From positions 13,330,001 to 13,394,000 of the forward strand of contig NC_042998.1 of assembly GCF_006345805.1 (NCBI RefSeq): DNA of 64,000 nt. The letters are read 5' to 3'. Positions 43,340 to 54,632 of this stretch are shown piece after piece. Every line of letters starts with the position of its first letter. Within the stretch, counting starts at the first letter, position 1. Position numbers and translations under genes: made by a program. The notes under the pieces were generated by a model. It was not told the DNA's origin. It worked only from the letters and a program-made list of their open reading frames with translations, and did no database searches. Origin of the DNA: Octopus sinensis. Lineage: Eukaryota.

Positions 43340-43500
43340 TTGTTGTTGTCGTTCTTGTGGTTCTGCTTCCTCCTTTTCTACAATCTTCACTACCATCACC
43401 ACTACTACTACCGTCACCACCACCACCACCACCATACTATTACTAACACCAGAACCATCACACCACTAACCCTACTACTACTATACTACTACTACTACTA
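43340..43500. repeat. Compound trinucleotide array (TGT, ACC, ACT)
   Basis: Direct sequence. Confidence 0.9.
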
Positions 43501-43839
43501 CTTTCATTTCTCATCTATACTTTTTCCGTTCCTAACTCCTCAATTTCGCTTCCACTGACAAATCAAACTGGAGCAGGAAGCTCTCTTCATCTTTGTGATT
43601 TCCGCTAAAACATCACTTTAAATCACCAGACACAACAGAATATCACTTTCATATATATAAATATATCACGACTAGACGTTAATATATATATATTTAGTTT
43701 AAGAAGTTACATGGAGGCTATCGAGACAATTTTTTTTTATCATAGGGTTGCTGGATTAGAAAAGAGAGGACCTTAAACATGATGAATATGAATACAAACG
43801 TATATTAATCCATGTGTGTGTATCTTTGTGTTTGTGTTT

Positions 43840-44010
43840 GTTCCCAAACACCAATTGACAAAGGGTGTTGATGTGATTGAATACACATTAAGAGACAGAA
43901 TATGTACTAGACTTTTAAAAAATTGTGCTGGGGTCAATTCGTTCATATAAAATTCAAGGCGGTGTACCTGCATGGCTCCAGTCTAATGACTGAAAATTAA
44001 AAGATAAGGG
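43840..44010 (+). mobile_element. SINE 3' fragment, degenerate
   Basis: ggggtcaattcgttc...aaggcggtgtacctgcatggctccagtctaatgactgaaa matches the family C tail. Confidence 0.7.
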
Positions 44011-44019
44011 AAGATACAC

Positions 44020-44400
44020 GATTTTCCACATTGGCTTGCGATATTATTTATTTAATTAAAAAATCTTTTGCTGGAATGGCTTCACTATTTAAATTGCAAA
44101 ATAAACATTTCCTTGTCTTATCAGCAGTTTGGATGGTTTTGTTCAGTTTTGTCAACGCGAAACAATTTCTGGCCTGTTGGAAGCTATTAATACAGACCTA
44201 ACGAATTACGGTATTATTTCTTATATATTTTATGCAGATATGTTTTTCTCTTGATGTAATCGATGAACCAGTAGAATAAACAAGAATATTTAAAAATAGA
44301 TACAGAATGTGTAATCTAAGATCTTGAAATAATTTGGGAGACATATTTATTGATATTTTTCTTCGAAAATATTTTTTATTCGTCAATATACTTTGATTGC
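44020..44400 (-). pseudogene. Possible PLE RT N-terminal remnant
   Basis: KYIRNNTVIR*VCINSF resembles KIHKxNNPGRPVINS; KDFLIK resembles NDFINK. Confidence 0.3.
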
Positions 44401-45036
44401 TATATTTATAAAATCATTCACACGAAGCTCTATAACGACTGTCATTTCTACTGCACTGACGAGATTATGTTATATTTTTCTCTATTCCTGTCCATTATGG
44501 CCTTCACATTCTGCAAAATAATTCTTCGTAGTTCTGTTAAATGATATCAATGAGGGATTCGACAAAATAATTTAATCACCATGGCTTAATAAAAATTTAT
44601 GGAGATAGGATGCTAAAAAACTGTTTTGAATGTTTTAATTGCGGCATTGTTTTCGAAAAAGTGCTGATTAAAATGCTGTTTTCAATAAAATGTTTAGTTC
44701 TTCAGAATTATATGAGATGGGGAAAGGTGTCATTATTGATTATCCCTCGCAACGCACATTTAGGAAAACTTTAAAATTAATAAAAGTAAAATCAGTATAA
44801 TTCACCGATTTATATTAAAAAATATGCGACAGTCATTGAATATAGAAAACGAAAACCATCAGTTACTCGTCCTTTCGTATTTACGCATTTAAGTATGTAT
44901 GTATGTATCTATCTATTTATGTGTCTGCCTATCTAATTATCTATCATTCCTCGCTCTCTCTCTCTCTCTATTTATGTATGTATGTATGTATGTATGTATG
45001 TATGTATGTATGTATGTATGTATGTATGAATGTATG

Positions 45037-45068
<32 letters not shown>

Positions 45069-45085
45069 ATCTATCTATCTATCTA

Positions 45086-45130
<45 letters not shown>

Positions 45131-45213
45131 TTAGAGATAAAACCACTTTTAGACAAATCAAACTGTGAAAAACATAACCCAAAACATAGAAATAAAATTA
45201 ATTAACATAATAT

Positions 45214-45312
<99 letters not shown>

Positions 45313-45454
45313 TGCATGTATGTGTGTGTGTATGCATAGTCATGTTAAGTATATATAAATATACATCAATATTCTGTCTGTCTGTCTATATACATAAACA
45401 GGTGCGTAAAGATATGTTTGCAAAAATGATATTATAATAATTCTTTCTGCTATA

Positions 45455-45590
45455 GGCACAAGACCTGAACATTTTTTGGGGGTGGGGCTATTTGATTTCA
45501 TTGACCCCAGTGTTTCACAGGTACGTAATTTATCGACCCTGAGAGAATGAAAGGCAAAGTTGACCTCGGAGGAATTTGACTCGTCAGTTT
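45455..45590 (-). mobile_element. SINE family A-related fragment
   Basis: aggcacaagacctgaacattttttggggg...atttatcgaccctgagagaatgaaaggcaaagttgacctcgg. Confidence 0.8.
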
Positions 45591-46575
45591 GTGTGGATCG
45601 CTTTTCCTGTAAATATAACAACAGCAACAATGATAATAACTCTAATTAGGTAATGTTTCCTCGAAACAAGAATTTCGATCAAAAACTAATTATTCGCAAG
45701 TTGTACAGAGATGTATTTATCGACCAGTCTGGATATACTGTTTTGAGTATGAATGGAAACATAAATTCCGATTCACATACGACTTGAAATCCATATAACC
45801 ACGCGGATATGCGCACACAGGCATACACTCACGTGTGCACACTGTTCTCTGTGAATAAATAATTATATTTCCTAAGTTCTTGAAAATGATATTATGTACG
45901 CACGAAAACAGCAAGAGATATTGAAATATGCTACCGAGTTGATAACAGATGTATGTACAGAAGTCATATTAATTACTATAGATTTAATTAAACATATTTT
46001 CAAAAGCAAAAGTTAATTATGTTCTATGCATTCATTTACGGTATATATTAGAAAGTTTCTATATTTGCTAAAGTTAATGAATCTGTAATAGCATCGTCAT
46101 TTGAATAGTTAAGATGCAACACTTTCCAGGAGGACATCATAAATAGGTAAACTGGAGATTGTAAGCAAAGATTTGAATGACGTACTAAAAAAATATTGTG
46201 GCTATATATAATCGTGTGAGTGTGTATGTGTGAATATACGCAGACGTACATGTATGTTTATATTTACGAATGTCATTATTTAGTTTTATTTCAAGATTTC
46301 CTTCCAATAGACATCAACGGGGTATTTCTGTATGTAGGTATTTATATGTATAGATATATATGTTTCGTTTTATTGTATGTATTCTTATGCTTATAGTTGC
46401 ATATATAGACATGCTCATTTATACTTAAAATGTATGTATATCATTATTAAGTTTATGTCAAGATTCCTTGCCAATAAAGAAAGAACTGGTTTCTAACCTA
46501 GATCTAAGGTTGGAATTTCAACATCAACAACAAGGTATTTTTGTATGTATGTGTGTATGTATTTTTGTATATACG

Positions 46576-46631
<56 letters not shown>

Positions 46632-46834
46632 CATGTGTATATGCATGTATGTATGTGCAGAGTTGCATGTTTTGTGTATTTATTCTCATGCATATATTTG
46701 CATATCTAGACATGATAATATATATTTAAATGATAAACTTCTGGAAGGTTTTACAAAGTTTTCAGTTCCAGTGATGGATTGGATCTGTAGTCTTCGCATT
46801 AGCTTTCTTCTTTCTTGCATTGTATGTATATATG

Positions 46835-46839
<5 letters not shown>

Positions 46840-46868
<29 letters not shown>

Positions 46869-46970
46869 TGTATGTATGTATGAACGTACGTATGTATGTA
46901 TGTATGTATGTATGTATGTAGTATGTATGTATGTATGTATGTATGTATGTATGTATGGACGTACGTATGA
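46840..46970. repeat. (TATG)n microsatellite
   Basis: Direct sequence. Confidence 0.9.
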
Positions 46971-49477
46971 CCGATGTATATGCCTTTGTTTCCAGATGAA
47001 GCTCGCCGTTTTCCAACGAATTGCCTGAAGTTTCGTGTAAAGCTCCATTTCCAATGAAATGTGTCAGGCTTAGAAATGTTCCCATTTTCATTCTGTAGTA
47101 AATAGTAAATGCCTGTATCACATTTGATACATAAGCGCAAGAATAAATGTGCGTACACATGTGAGTTTGTATATTTGTTCATCATATATACACATACATA
47201 TACATGTATAAATCTGTGGATGTATAAATTTGTGTATGTGTATAAGTAAATGTAACCTCACACAATATGCAATATATGTGCATATGTGTGTATATGTGTA
47301 CGTGTGTGTGTGCGCGCTCGCCTACACATATATTCTTTATCTTAAGAGACATTTTAGGAGAGAACTTAAATATACACAGAATTAATATATTCGATCATTT
47401 ATCTTAGAAAAGGAAATACATATTTTACTTTCCATTTAATTTTGCGGAAGCTTAATTTAATTTCTGCATAAGAATAACCATTTAACATACGTCACAATAT
47501 TCTCCACAAATTTTCAAACCGTTTGTAAAGCTAATGTTAATATTTCTCTTATTATTTTTAGTAAGACATAAAGTGTATCTGGAGAAAATATATTCCACAT
47601 CAAATTAAGCATAGCAATGATTATGTGTTTTTAATTCTATACATATATTACACACATGAGTAAGGTTATATTTCATCGCTTTGATTTTCCATATTTCTTT
47701 TCCTACAACCAATTCTCTCGGTTCACTTATATGCTAGAATTTAGATAATGGTATGAAATTGAAAAGGTTTCTGCGATAGAGTATTTTACCAGAAAAAAAT
47801 ATCATCTTTTATACAAGATATTTAAATATGTTTCTGAACATATGCGTATGTGTATATCAAATATCTATAGAAAAGATAATCAAAATGTTGAAAGCCATAA
47901 GTTTTACCGTTGGCTAGACGCCTGTACATATAAATTTTAGTAAAATAGATCAGATCACTGAAGAATTGAAATCCATGACAAGTGTAATTAACTTTGAAGA
48001 GAAAGTTTCATTGCCTATAATTTTGCTTTGAAAATGACCATTTCATGAAAGTGCTTGGAATAATTTATTAGACAAAAGACGACAATAGCTACCTAACCAC
48101 AGGAGTTAATAATAAAACCAGATTTAATAATATTCAATATCAATGGCTTCCATTTCACATTTCATTTCCCTTTTCTCTCTTCAGGATATCACTTAATAGA
48201 ATCATATAAAATTAATTGCAGCTTGTAGCGTTCATCATTGTATCATGTATTGATTGATTCATGTACTTACTTGTTTTAATTACACGTATCCAGAGAAACA
48301 GAACGTCAACAAAAATCTATTTTACTCTGCATTAAAATCAAATGTTCCTATTCTATATCTCTGAGGAGACACGATTCTTAGTGCCAAATTTATGACTTGA
48401 ATATATAGAAATTGAGGTTCTTCGGGAATATCAACAGATATTTTAACATTCGTGGTCTCCAACATTTCATTAATTCAAAATTGGTGATCTTGTTATTACA
48501 TATGCTGGGCAATATTTTCCTCTAACGGATAATGATAGTCGATTAAATTATCACCACATTAGGATATTGGTCGAACTTATAAAGAAAATTTAAGGTTCTA
48601 GTAAATGTATAAAGGAATGGCTCGTTTCTAGCAGGGAAATCTATAATGCAATCATTAAAGATTTATCGTATTCCGGAGTCGTTGACGGTAAGAAAAACGT
48701 AAATGAATAGAACATGAATCCGATAATATCAATAACGATACAATAGATAGGTTTAATGCACAAGTAGCATGAGAAAGTGTAATAGATGTACTTTTCCAGA
48801 ACTGACCTCGAAATAAGTAAGACCATCATAGAAATAAAATGCAAAGAAGGATTAGTTTGATGTCACAAGCAAGGCATCTGAAAAAGAAAAATTTGCTGGC
48901 AGCAAGAATTAATCTTCACTTCCCAGCAAAGCATACGTATATACACGGCGGTCATATATCCATGTACACATGTACATAGATAACATCACATACTTAGACA
49001 GAACGAAACCTCAGATATATTTACTCCGCAACACATATCTTGACTTACATATTGACATGTAAATTAAGAAAAAAAGACACATACACACCTGTACACACGC
49101 AACTGTACACACACAGCTGTATACGCACAAACACAAACGTATTCAGAGGATAATGCTATTTGATTTGATAACGGAAATTACTTTAAAAGGAGAATAATAT
49201 AAATTACAATTGAATTTTATTAAGTTTATATATATATATATATGGATGTCTCTGTGTAAATACATATACATGTATGTGTTGTTGTATCTAACTATATCTA
49301 TATGTAATGAATGAAGGTATATATATTTAATAAATCTCTGCATGTATATGTGAGAAAATTCGTGTGTAAATGTGATTGCGGATATAAGTTTGTTCCGTTG
49401 TTGTCCATACGTAAGTGTTCCTGTCATATATGAAAATATGTGCGTTTGTGTATATGTGTATATGTGTGATGTGGATT

Positions 49478-49640
49478 TTCCCCCTAGCGTGGGGATATAT
49501 ATATACCTAGCGGTTCGGGGAAAATGGACCGATAAAATAAGTATTAGGCTTCCAAAGAATAGGTCCTGGGGGCAATTTGTTCGACTAAGGGCACTGCTCC
49601 ATGGTTGCAGTCTAACGACTGAAACAACTAAAAGAGTAAA
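49478..49640 (+). mobile_element. SINE family C 3' half
   Basis: ctagcggttcggggaaaatggaccgataaaataagtatt...gactgaaacaactaaaagag. Confidence 0.8.
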
Positions 49641-49910
49641 TGGAGGTGCAATGGCCCAGTGGTTAGGGCAGCGGACTCGCGGTCGTAGGATCGCGGTTTC
49701 GATTCCCAGACCGGGTGTTGTGAGTGTTTATTGACCGAAAACACCTAAAAGCTCCACGAGACTCCGGCAGGGGGGTGGGTTATCCCTGCTGTACTCTTTC
49801 ATCACTCGTTCTCCCACTCTTTCTTCTGTTGGCCTGTTCGCTTAACCAGCGGAGTGGCGTCATTCTAAGGCTAAAAAAACAATGCGAAAGCATTGTAACC
49901 AGCGATGTGT
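49641..49910 (+). mobile_element. SINE family B
   Basis: ggaggtgcaatggcccagtggttagggcagcggactcgcggtcgtaggatcgcggtttcgattccc. Confidence 0.92.
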
Positions 49911-49938
49911 AACTACATCTAATGGATTGGCCGAAAAA

Positions 49939-50029
<91 letters not shown>

Positions 50030-50989
50030 ATATGACAAAGTATCAAACGAATTGAATCTCTCTAACTTTTTATATAACAAAGTATAGTTTAGGGTTATCT
50101 AAGTTTTGACGCCATAGACGATACACGGAGCCTCATACTTTACTTTTGGAAATCTTTTCAAATAAGTGAATCTGGTTAAGCTAATAAGTACTTGTAAAAC
50201 AATCACAGCATTTTCAGATTCTTTTCTTCATATATATATATATACAAGCATTAAAGACCCATCGTTTCCGGGTCATAGTGCTTGTATATATGTGTATATA
50301 TATGTGTATATTTTACATGTACATCTATATATATACATCTACACATAAAATACAAAAAAAAAATTATATCTTGATATCGCTATTGATAACAATACTCAAA
50401 ATGTATAACAGACTGGAATTGTTAGCCCGTCTCTTGTAATTTCGATCAATTGTATCTTGTCCTCCCTCCTGCATTGAAGTGTGGCTACAATCCAGCCTAC
50501 CTCTACTTGGGGGGAGGGAGGCATTTAAAATTTTTTTCCGGGACGTCCTACGTCCCAGATATAAGGGTAAAAATAATATATTTCCACTTTGCAAGTTCGA
50601 GTCGAGTACTCCCTTGCACGCTCCGTTGACTCGAACCTTGCTTCTATTGTGGGGAATTTACCGCCTCTGATTAGATAACTTTCATAGTCGCAGCAAGACA
50701 CTTTTTGATGGTGCTTTCCTCCATACGTTGTATACTATATAGAGAATAGTCTTTTTCTTTAATTTAATTTTTTATTTTCCATCTGGACTATTCCATTTCT
50801 GCACGCTAAGTTTATTTTAAATTTATTCCCATTCATGTGAAACCACTTATTCAAGTTTAAGTCATTGATGCAATTTTATACCAATTGCTATGTTTACTTA
50901 TTTTTATGTTACGATTATATTATACTTTAGTTTGATTTTAATTATTACTTACGAAATATAATTCAATTGCTATTATTATTTTTATTGTT

Positions 50990-51390
50990 AAAGTGAAAGT
51001 ATCTGACATAAAATAGAGAAACGTTTTTGTTTCACTTTTAACACGTAATACTGAAATGGTGAAGATATGATATTGCTATGGGCTCGCTCTAGGCAAGAAG
51101 TTGAACATTTTTTTGCCCATGAAATTACATGAACCCTAAGTAAGGCATGTGTAAAATTTGAATGGAATTGGTTGTGTAGTTCTCGAGTTTTAGGGAATCG
51201 TAGTGGAGAAGATATGATATTGCTGTGGGCTCGCCCAAGGAAAAAAGTTAATTTTTTTGGCCGATGACACTCCCCGAACGCTAAGTAAGACGGGTATAAT
51301 TTAAATGAATTTGGTTGTGTAGTTCTCAAGTTTTAGGGAAACGCACAGACAGACAGGCACACATTCTCAGTTTTATATATATAAAGATAT
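50990..51390 (+). mobile_element. Non-autonomous Helitron-type (Lep1/HINE-like) element with two ~150-bp internal subrepeats
   Basis: gaagatatgatattgct...ttggttgtgtagttctc(g/a)agttttaggg occurs twice (51059, 51207), then acagacagacag...ttttatatatataaagat. Confidence 0.6.
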
Positions 51391-51449
51391 ATATATATAT
51401 AAACTTACTTGGAGGAAACGAAATGACGCGAGGGCGCTCAGTCATACAA

Positions 51450-51849
51450 TAGTGCAATAAATAAAATATATGCATACATACATACATATATGTACGTACC
51501 TAAATCTACATGTATATATACATGCATATATAAATATATATATACGTGAGTACAGGGCACCACAAACAGACGTAGAACTCAACGAGAAACGAAAACGTAA
51601 AAACAAACATGGAAATGGACCTTTTTTTAACAACGAAAAAACAGAGTACAAGACAAACAACACAAGGAAAATTCCCCTTCATCAGCTGTCCCTAGTACGA
51701 CTCCATGCGTGTTTCGAGGGTGAGGACAGAACACGACTATTCGTGGTGTCCTGTACTCACGTACATATATTTATATATGCATGTATATATACATGTAGAT
51801 GTAGGTACGTACATATATGTATGTGTGTCTGCATATATTTTATTTATTA

Positions 51850-51853
<4 letters not shown>
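51450..51853 (-). mobile_element. PLE-type terminal repeat with inverted partial copy
   Basis: 51450-51563 is the inverse of 51743-51853; the body is homologous to the 24998 and 25271 units; (TA)n on the right. Confidence 0.7.
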
Positions 51854-51896
<43 letters not shown>

Positions 51897-51995
51897 CAAT
51901 AGTAATAACGGGTAAAATATTAATCAATTAATGATAAATAATTTTACCAAGTAGTTTGGTATTTTAAAAGAACCATTATCGGTAACCTTATACAA

Positions 51996-52080
51996 AAATT
52001 CTATAATTATAAGCATAATTATAATTAGGGTTCAGCAAAATTTGCTGAACCCTAATTGTAGTTATGCTTATAATTATAGA

Positions 52081-52084
<4 letters not shown>
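51996..52084. repeat. Near-perfect palindrome (centre 52040)
   Basis: ctataattataagcataattataattagggttcagcaaa-a-tttgctgaaccctaattgtagttatgcttataattatag. Confidence 0.95.
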
Positions 52085-52146
<62 letters not shown>

Positions 52147-52158
52147 ATTTTAGCAAAA

Positions 52159-52196
52159 CTGTCCGATGAACGGCAACGAGAAACTCAGAGTAACAG
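52159..52196 (+). ncRNA. Minimal type I hammerhead ribozyme motif, degenerate (U4>C)
   Basis: CUGU-CCGAUGA-ACGGCAACGA-GAAA-CUCAGAG-UA^-ACAG; 4-bp stem I, near-palindromic stem III, 10.1:11.1 mismatch. Confidence 0.7.
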
Positions 52197-52314
52197 ATTT
52201 CGTTGAATTTTCTGCTGATTTAAATCAATTATATGTATATATATGTACGTATATGTATGTATGTATGTATAGTCAAAACAAGTAAACGAACTTTAGAAAT
52301 AACAATAATAAATG

Positions 52315-52797
52315 AGAGGACGTCCACATGGATTGCATTAGCTGACACTCAAAATAATGAATAAGTTCCCTGACCATAAACCTGATTGACTTGGAGCGAT
52401 CATTGTCAACCACGGCCTGGATCTCAGGAAGTAATTCAGTTTTTTTTTTTTATTTCAGAGTGATCAGAATGTGTTATCCCCACTGCCGTACCTTCGTAAT
52501 CACCATTAAACCTATTCGACTCCTTCCGAATTCTCCTCACTGTCCTCCGATTGCCGCTGAAGACAGACTAACATGATTGTTTTGGAGTTTCCGGCGTGAA
52601 TGCCACGCAGTGTCGCTCGTTTCCTAATCTCTGGCAGAATGAATTGCGTCATGGTGCTGGTTTTTTGTCATAGACGGTGTCCAACCGACCCTAGTATATT
52701 GTGTAGTGGAGAAAATCAAAAACAAACAAAGCGCATGCGAAAAATGAAAAATATCATTTAAAATATTATGGCGACAATTTACGCATCGCAGGGTGTG
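52315..52797 (-). mobile_element. Mariner-superfamily (DD37D/maT-like) transposon 5' fragment
   Basis: ATG at 52652: MTQFILPEIRKRATLRGIHAGNS, then (frameshift) NRRTVRRIRKESNRFNGDYEGTAVGITHSDHSEIKK...EIQAVVDNDRSKSIR, a HTH region. TIR-like end near 52770-52797. Confidence 0.85.
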
Positions 52798-52824
52798 TGT
52801 GTATGTGTGTGTTTGTGTGTATAT

Positions 52825-52855
<31 letters not shown>

Positions 52856-52923
52856 TATACACACACGCACACAGACACAACCACAGACACAGACACACAC
52901 ACACCACACACACACACACACAC

Positions 52924-52957
<34 letters not shown>

Positions 52958-52960
52958 ATG

Positions 52961-53341
52961 GAATGAGATAAAATATCCAAGGCTGTGAAAGTTTTCAGAA
53001 CATATACAATGTGAAAGTCTTACAGCTGTTTCCGGGATATTTTAGATATCCCTTCATGAGAGAGACGGTGCGAGAAAATGTTTAAGTAGTAGTTGTTGTT
53101 ATAGAGAAGATACGGAATACAGAATGAAGTGGAGGAAGGAAAACAGACATGAGATACGTAAGGGTATTGTATCTGAAGTTCCATTATTTAAGAAAACTGG
53201 TGTCTATGTAAGTTTCCTCTTCCTTGTGTGTGAGTTCTGCAAGGTACACGAAACTTACATATACACTGTAAGCTGTACAACCTTCACTTTATAATTGCTC
53301 TGAAAACTTTCACAGCCTTGGATCTGTTTCTTAACTCATTC
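52961..53341 (-). mobile_element. PLE-type fragment with inverted termini
   Basis: atccaaggctgtgaaagttttcaga (52975-52999) inverted at 53299-53323; carries a hammerhead motif; (TA)n on the left. Confidence 0.65.
53017..53066 (-). ncRNA. Minimal type I hammerhead ribozyme motif, degenerate (G5>C)
   Basis: UCU-CUCAUGA-A-GGGAUAU-CUAAA-AUAUCCC-G-GAAA-CAGCUG-UA^-AGA; palindromic stem III ACAGCUGU. Confidence 0.75.
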
Positions 53342-53478
53342 TGTTAATATTGAACCTACATTGGACTGCTCATTCCTATAATCATCGACCCTGGAGTTTA
53401 ACTATAGTCTGTCCATAGCACTTACTCACCATTACCTGACACCTTCGGATCTTCTTGACACTATTACCTCTCATATCC

Positions 53479-53514
<36 letters not shown>

Positions 53515-53773
53515 AGTAGTTGAATGAATTATCTTGTTATGGATAATCCGGTTAACCGATACCTGGGTAGCAAATTCACATCAGGGAAGATACGTTTGAA
53601 GTTACGTGCTTTCGTGTGGAAATATGTATTTTTTTTTTCAAATATAATTTTTTTTTAAATATAAAAAATATAAATTTTTAAAAAATATCAACTCCATTCT
53701 TTCATATATATATATATATAGTGAATTGAAGAAATGGAGTTGAACGAAGATTGAACAGAAATCGTTTCATTGC

Positions 53774-53854
53774 ATTCAGCACGTGTTTCGAAAGCCACAA
53801 TTTACCAAATTCCGATTGAATAAGGAGACCATATTGTGTCTTTCTCTTCAGGAA
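53774..53854 (-). ncRNA. Hammerhead motif, inactivated copy (GUA>GCU at the cleavage triplet)
   Basis: Reverse complement UUC-CUGAAGA-GAAAG...CUUUC-GAAA-CACGUG-CU-GAA. Confidence 0.7.
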
Positions 53855-54285
53855 GAAATAGGAAATCCGTTGGCAAAAACAAAACCAGAACAGAGGCGCA
53901 GCAAAACAAATCGAACGAGGCTCCTAAGAGCCCATGGCCAAACTGTTTATCAATGTATGTTGAAATCGAAACTTGCGGCTGCGCACATATGGAATAGTTC
54001 ACACACACATGTTTCTAAGTAGATTTTGACTCGCCCCATATAATACACCTAATATTCTTTAAATAGTCAGAACTTTAGTCTCGGTCACAAAGAACATCTA
54101 CGCACCCCGTGCTCTCACCCACCGGAATGACCGCTGCCTGACCTGTTAAAATCTTCAACGCACCCACCACCCGATTTCAACATACATTGATAAACAGTTT
54201 GGCCATGGGCTCTTAGGAGCCTCGTTCGATTTGTTTTGCTGCGCCTCTGTTCTGGTTTTGTTTTTGCCAACGGATTTCCTAATTC

Positions 54286-54365
54286 TTCCTGAAGAGAAAG
54301 ACACAATATGGTATCCTTATTCAATCGGAATTTGGTAATTTGTGGCTTTCGAAACACGTGTAGAA
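54286..54365 (+). ncRNA. Minimal type I hammerhead ribozyme with intact core and long stem II
   Basis: UUC-CUGAAGA(54289-95)-GAAAG.CACAA...UUGUG.CUUUC-GAAA(54351-54)-CACGUG-UA^(54362)-GAA. All invariant core positions present, G10.1:C11.1, palindromic stem III ACACGUGU, 3-bp stem I. Confidence 0.8.
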
Positions 54366-54576
54366 TGTAATAAAACGATTTCTGTTCAATCTTCGTTCAA
54401 CTCCATTTCTTCAATTCACTAATAATATTAAAATTCAATTATCCGCACCAACGCATGGTTGCAACACCATATGGTTGTACCTCCAACCGTGCTGTCTTCT
54501 GTTGTGATTTTTGCTACCAAGGTATCGGTTAAACTTTTGATTAATCTGCAACAAGATTATTCATCTTTCTATTTCA

Positions 54577-54632
<56 letters not shown>

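Larger units (their letters stand above)
53720..54420. repeat. Fold-back: ~250-bp inverted arms (53720-53969, 54172-54420), ~200-bp spacer
   Basis: ORFs 53783+ and 54115- are near-identical mirror translations; arms differ at only a few positions. Confidence 0.95.

Noticed and set aside
44122-44207. Candidate + exon SLDGFVQFCQRETISGLLEAINTDLTNY
   Set aside because: The donor is weak (gtatta), the opposite strand shows PLE RT-like motifs, and the ENaC-like resemblance lacks the conserved HG.
51670-51725. Permuted (type II) hammerhead CCCUC-GAAA...CUGAUGA-AGGGG on the minus strand
   Set aside because: Stems I and III do not pair around either GUC or GUA; the two half-motifs probably belong to separate truncated copies.
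52458-52576. Very strong + strand acceptor (t12atttcag) suggesting an exon
   Set aside because: The segment is the antisense strand of a mariner transposase fragment; the poly-T lies inside it.
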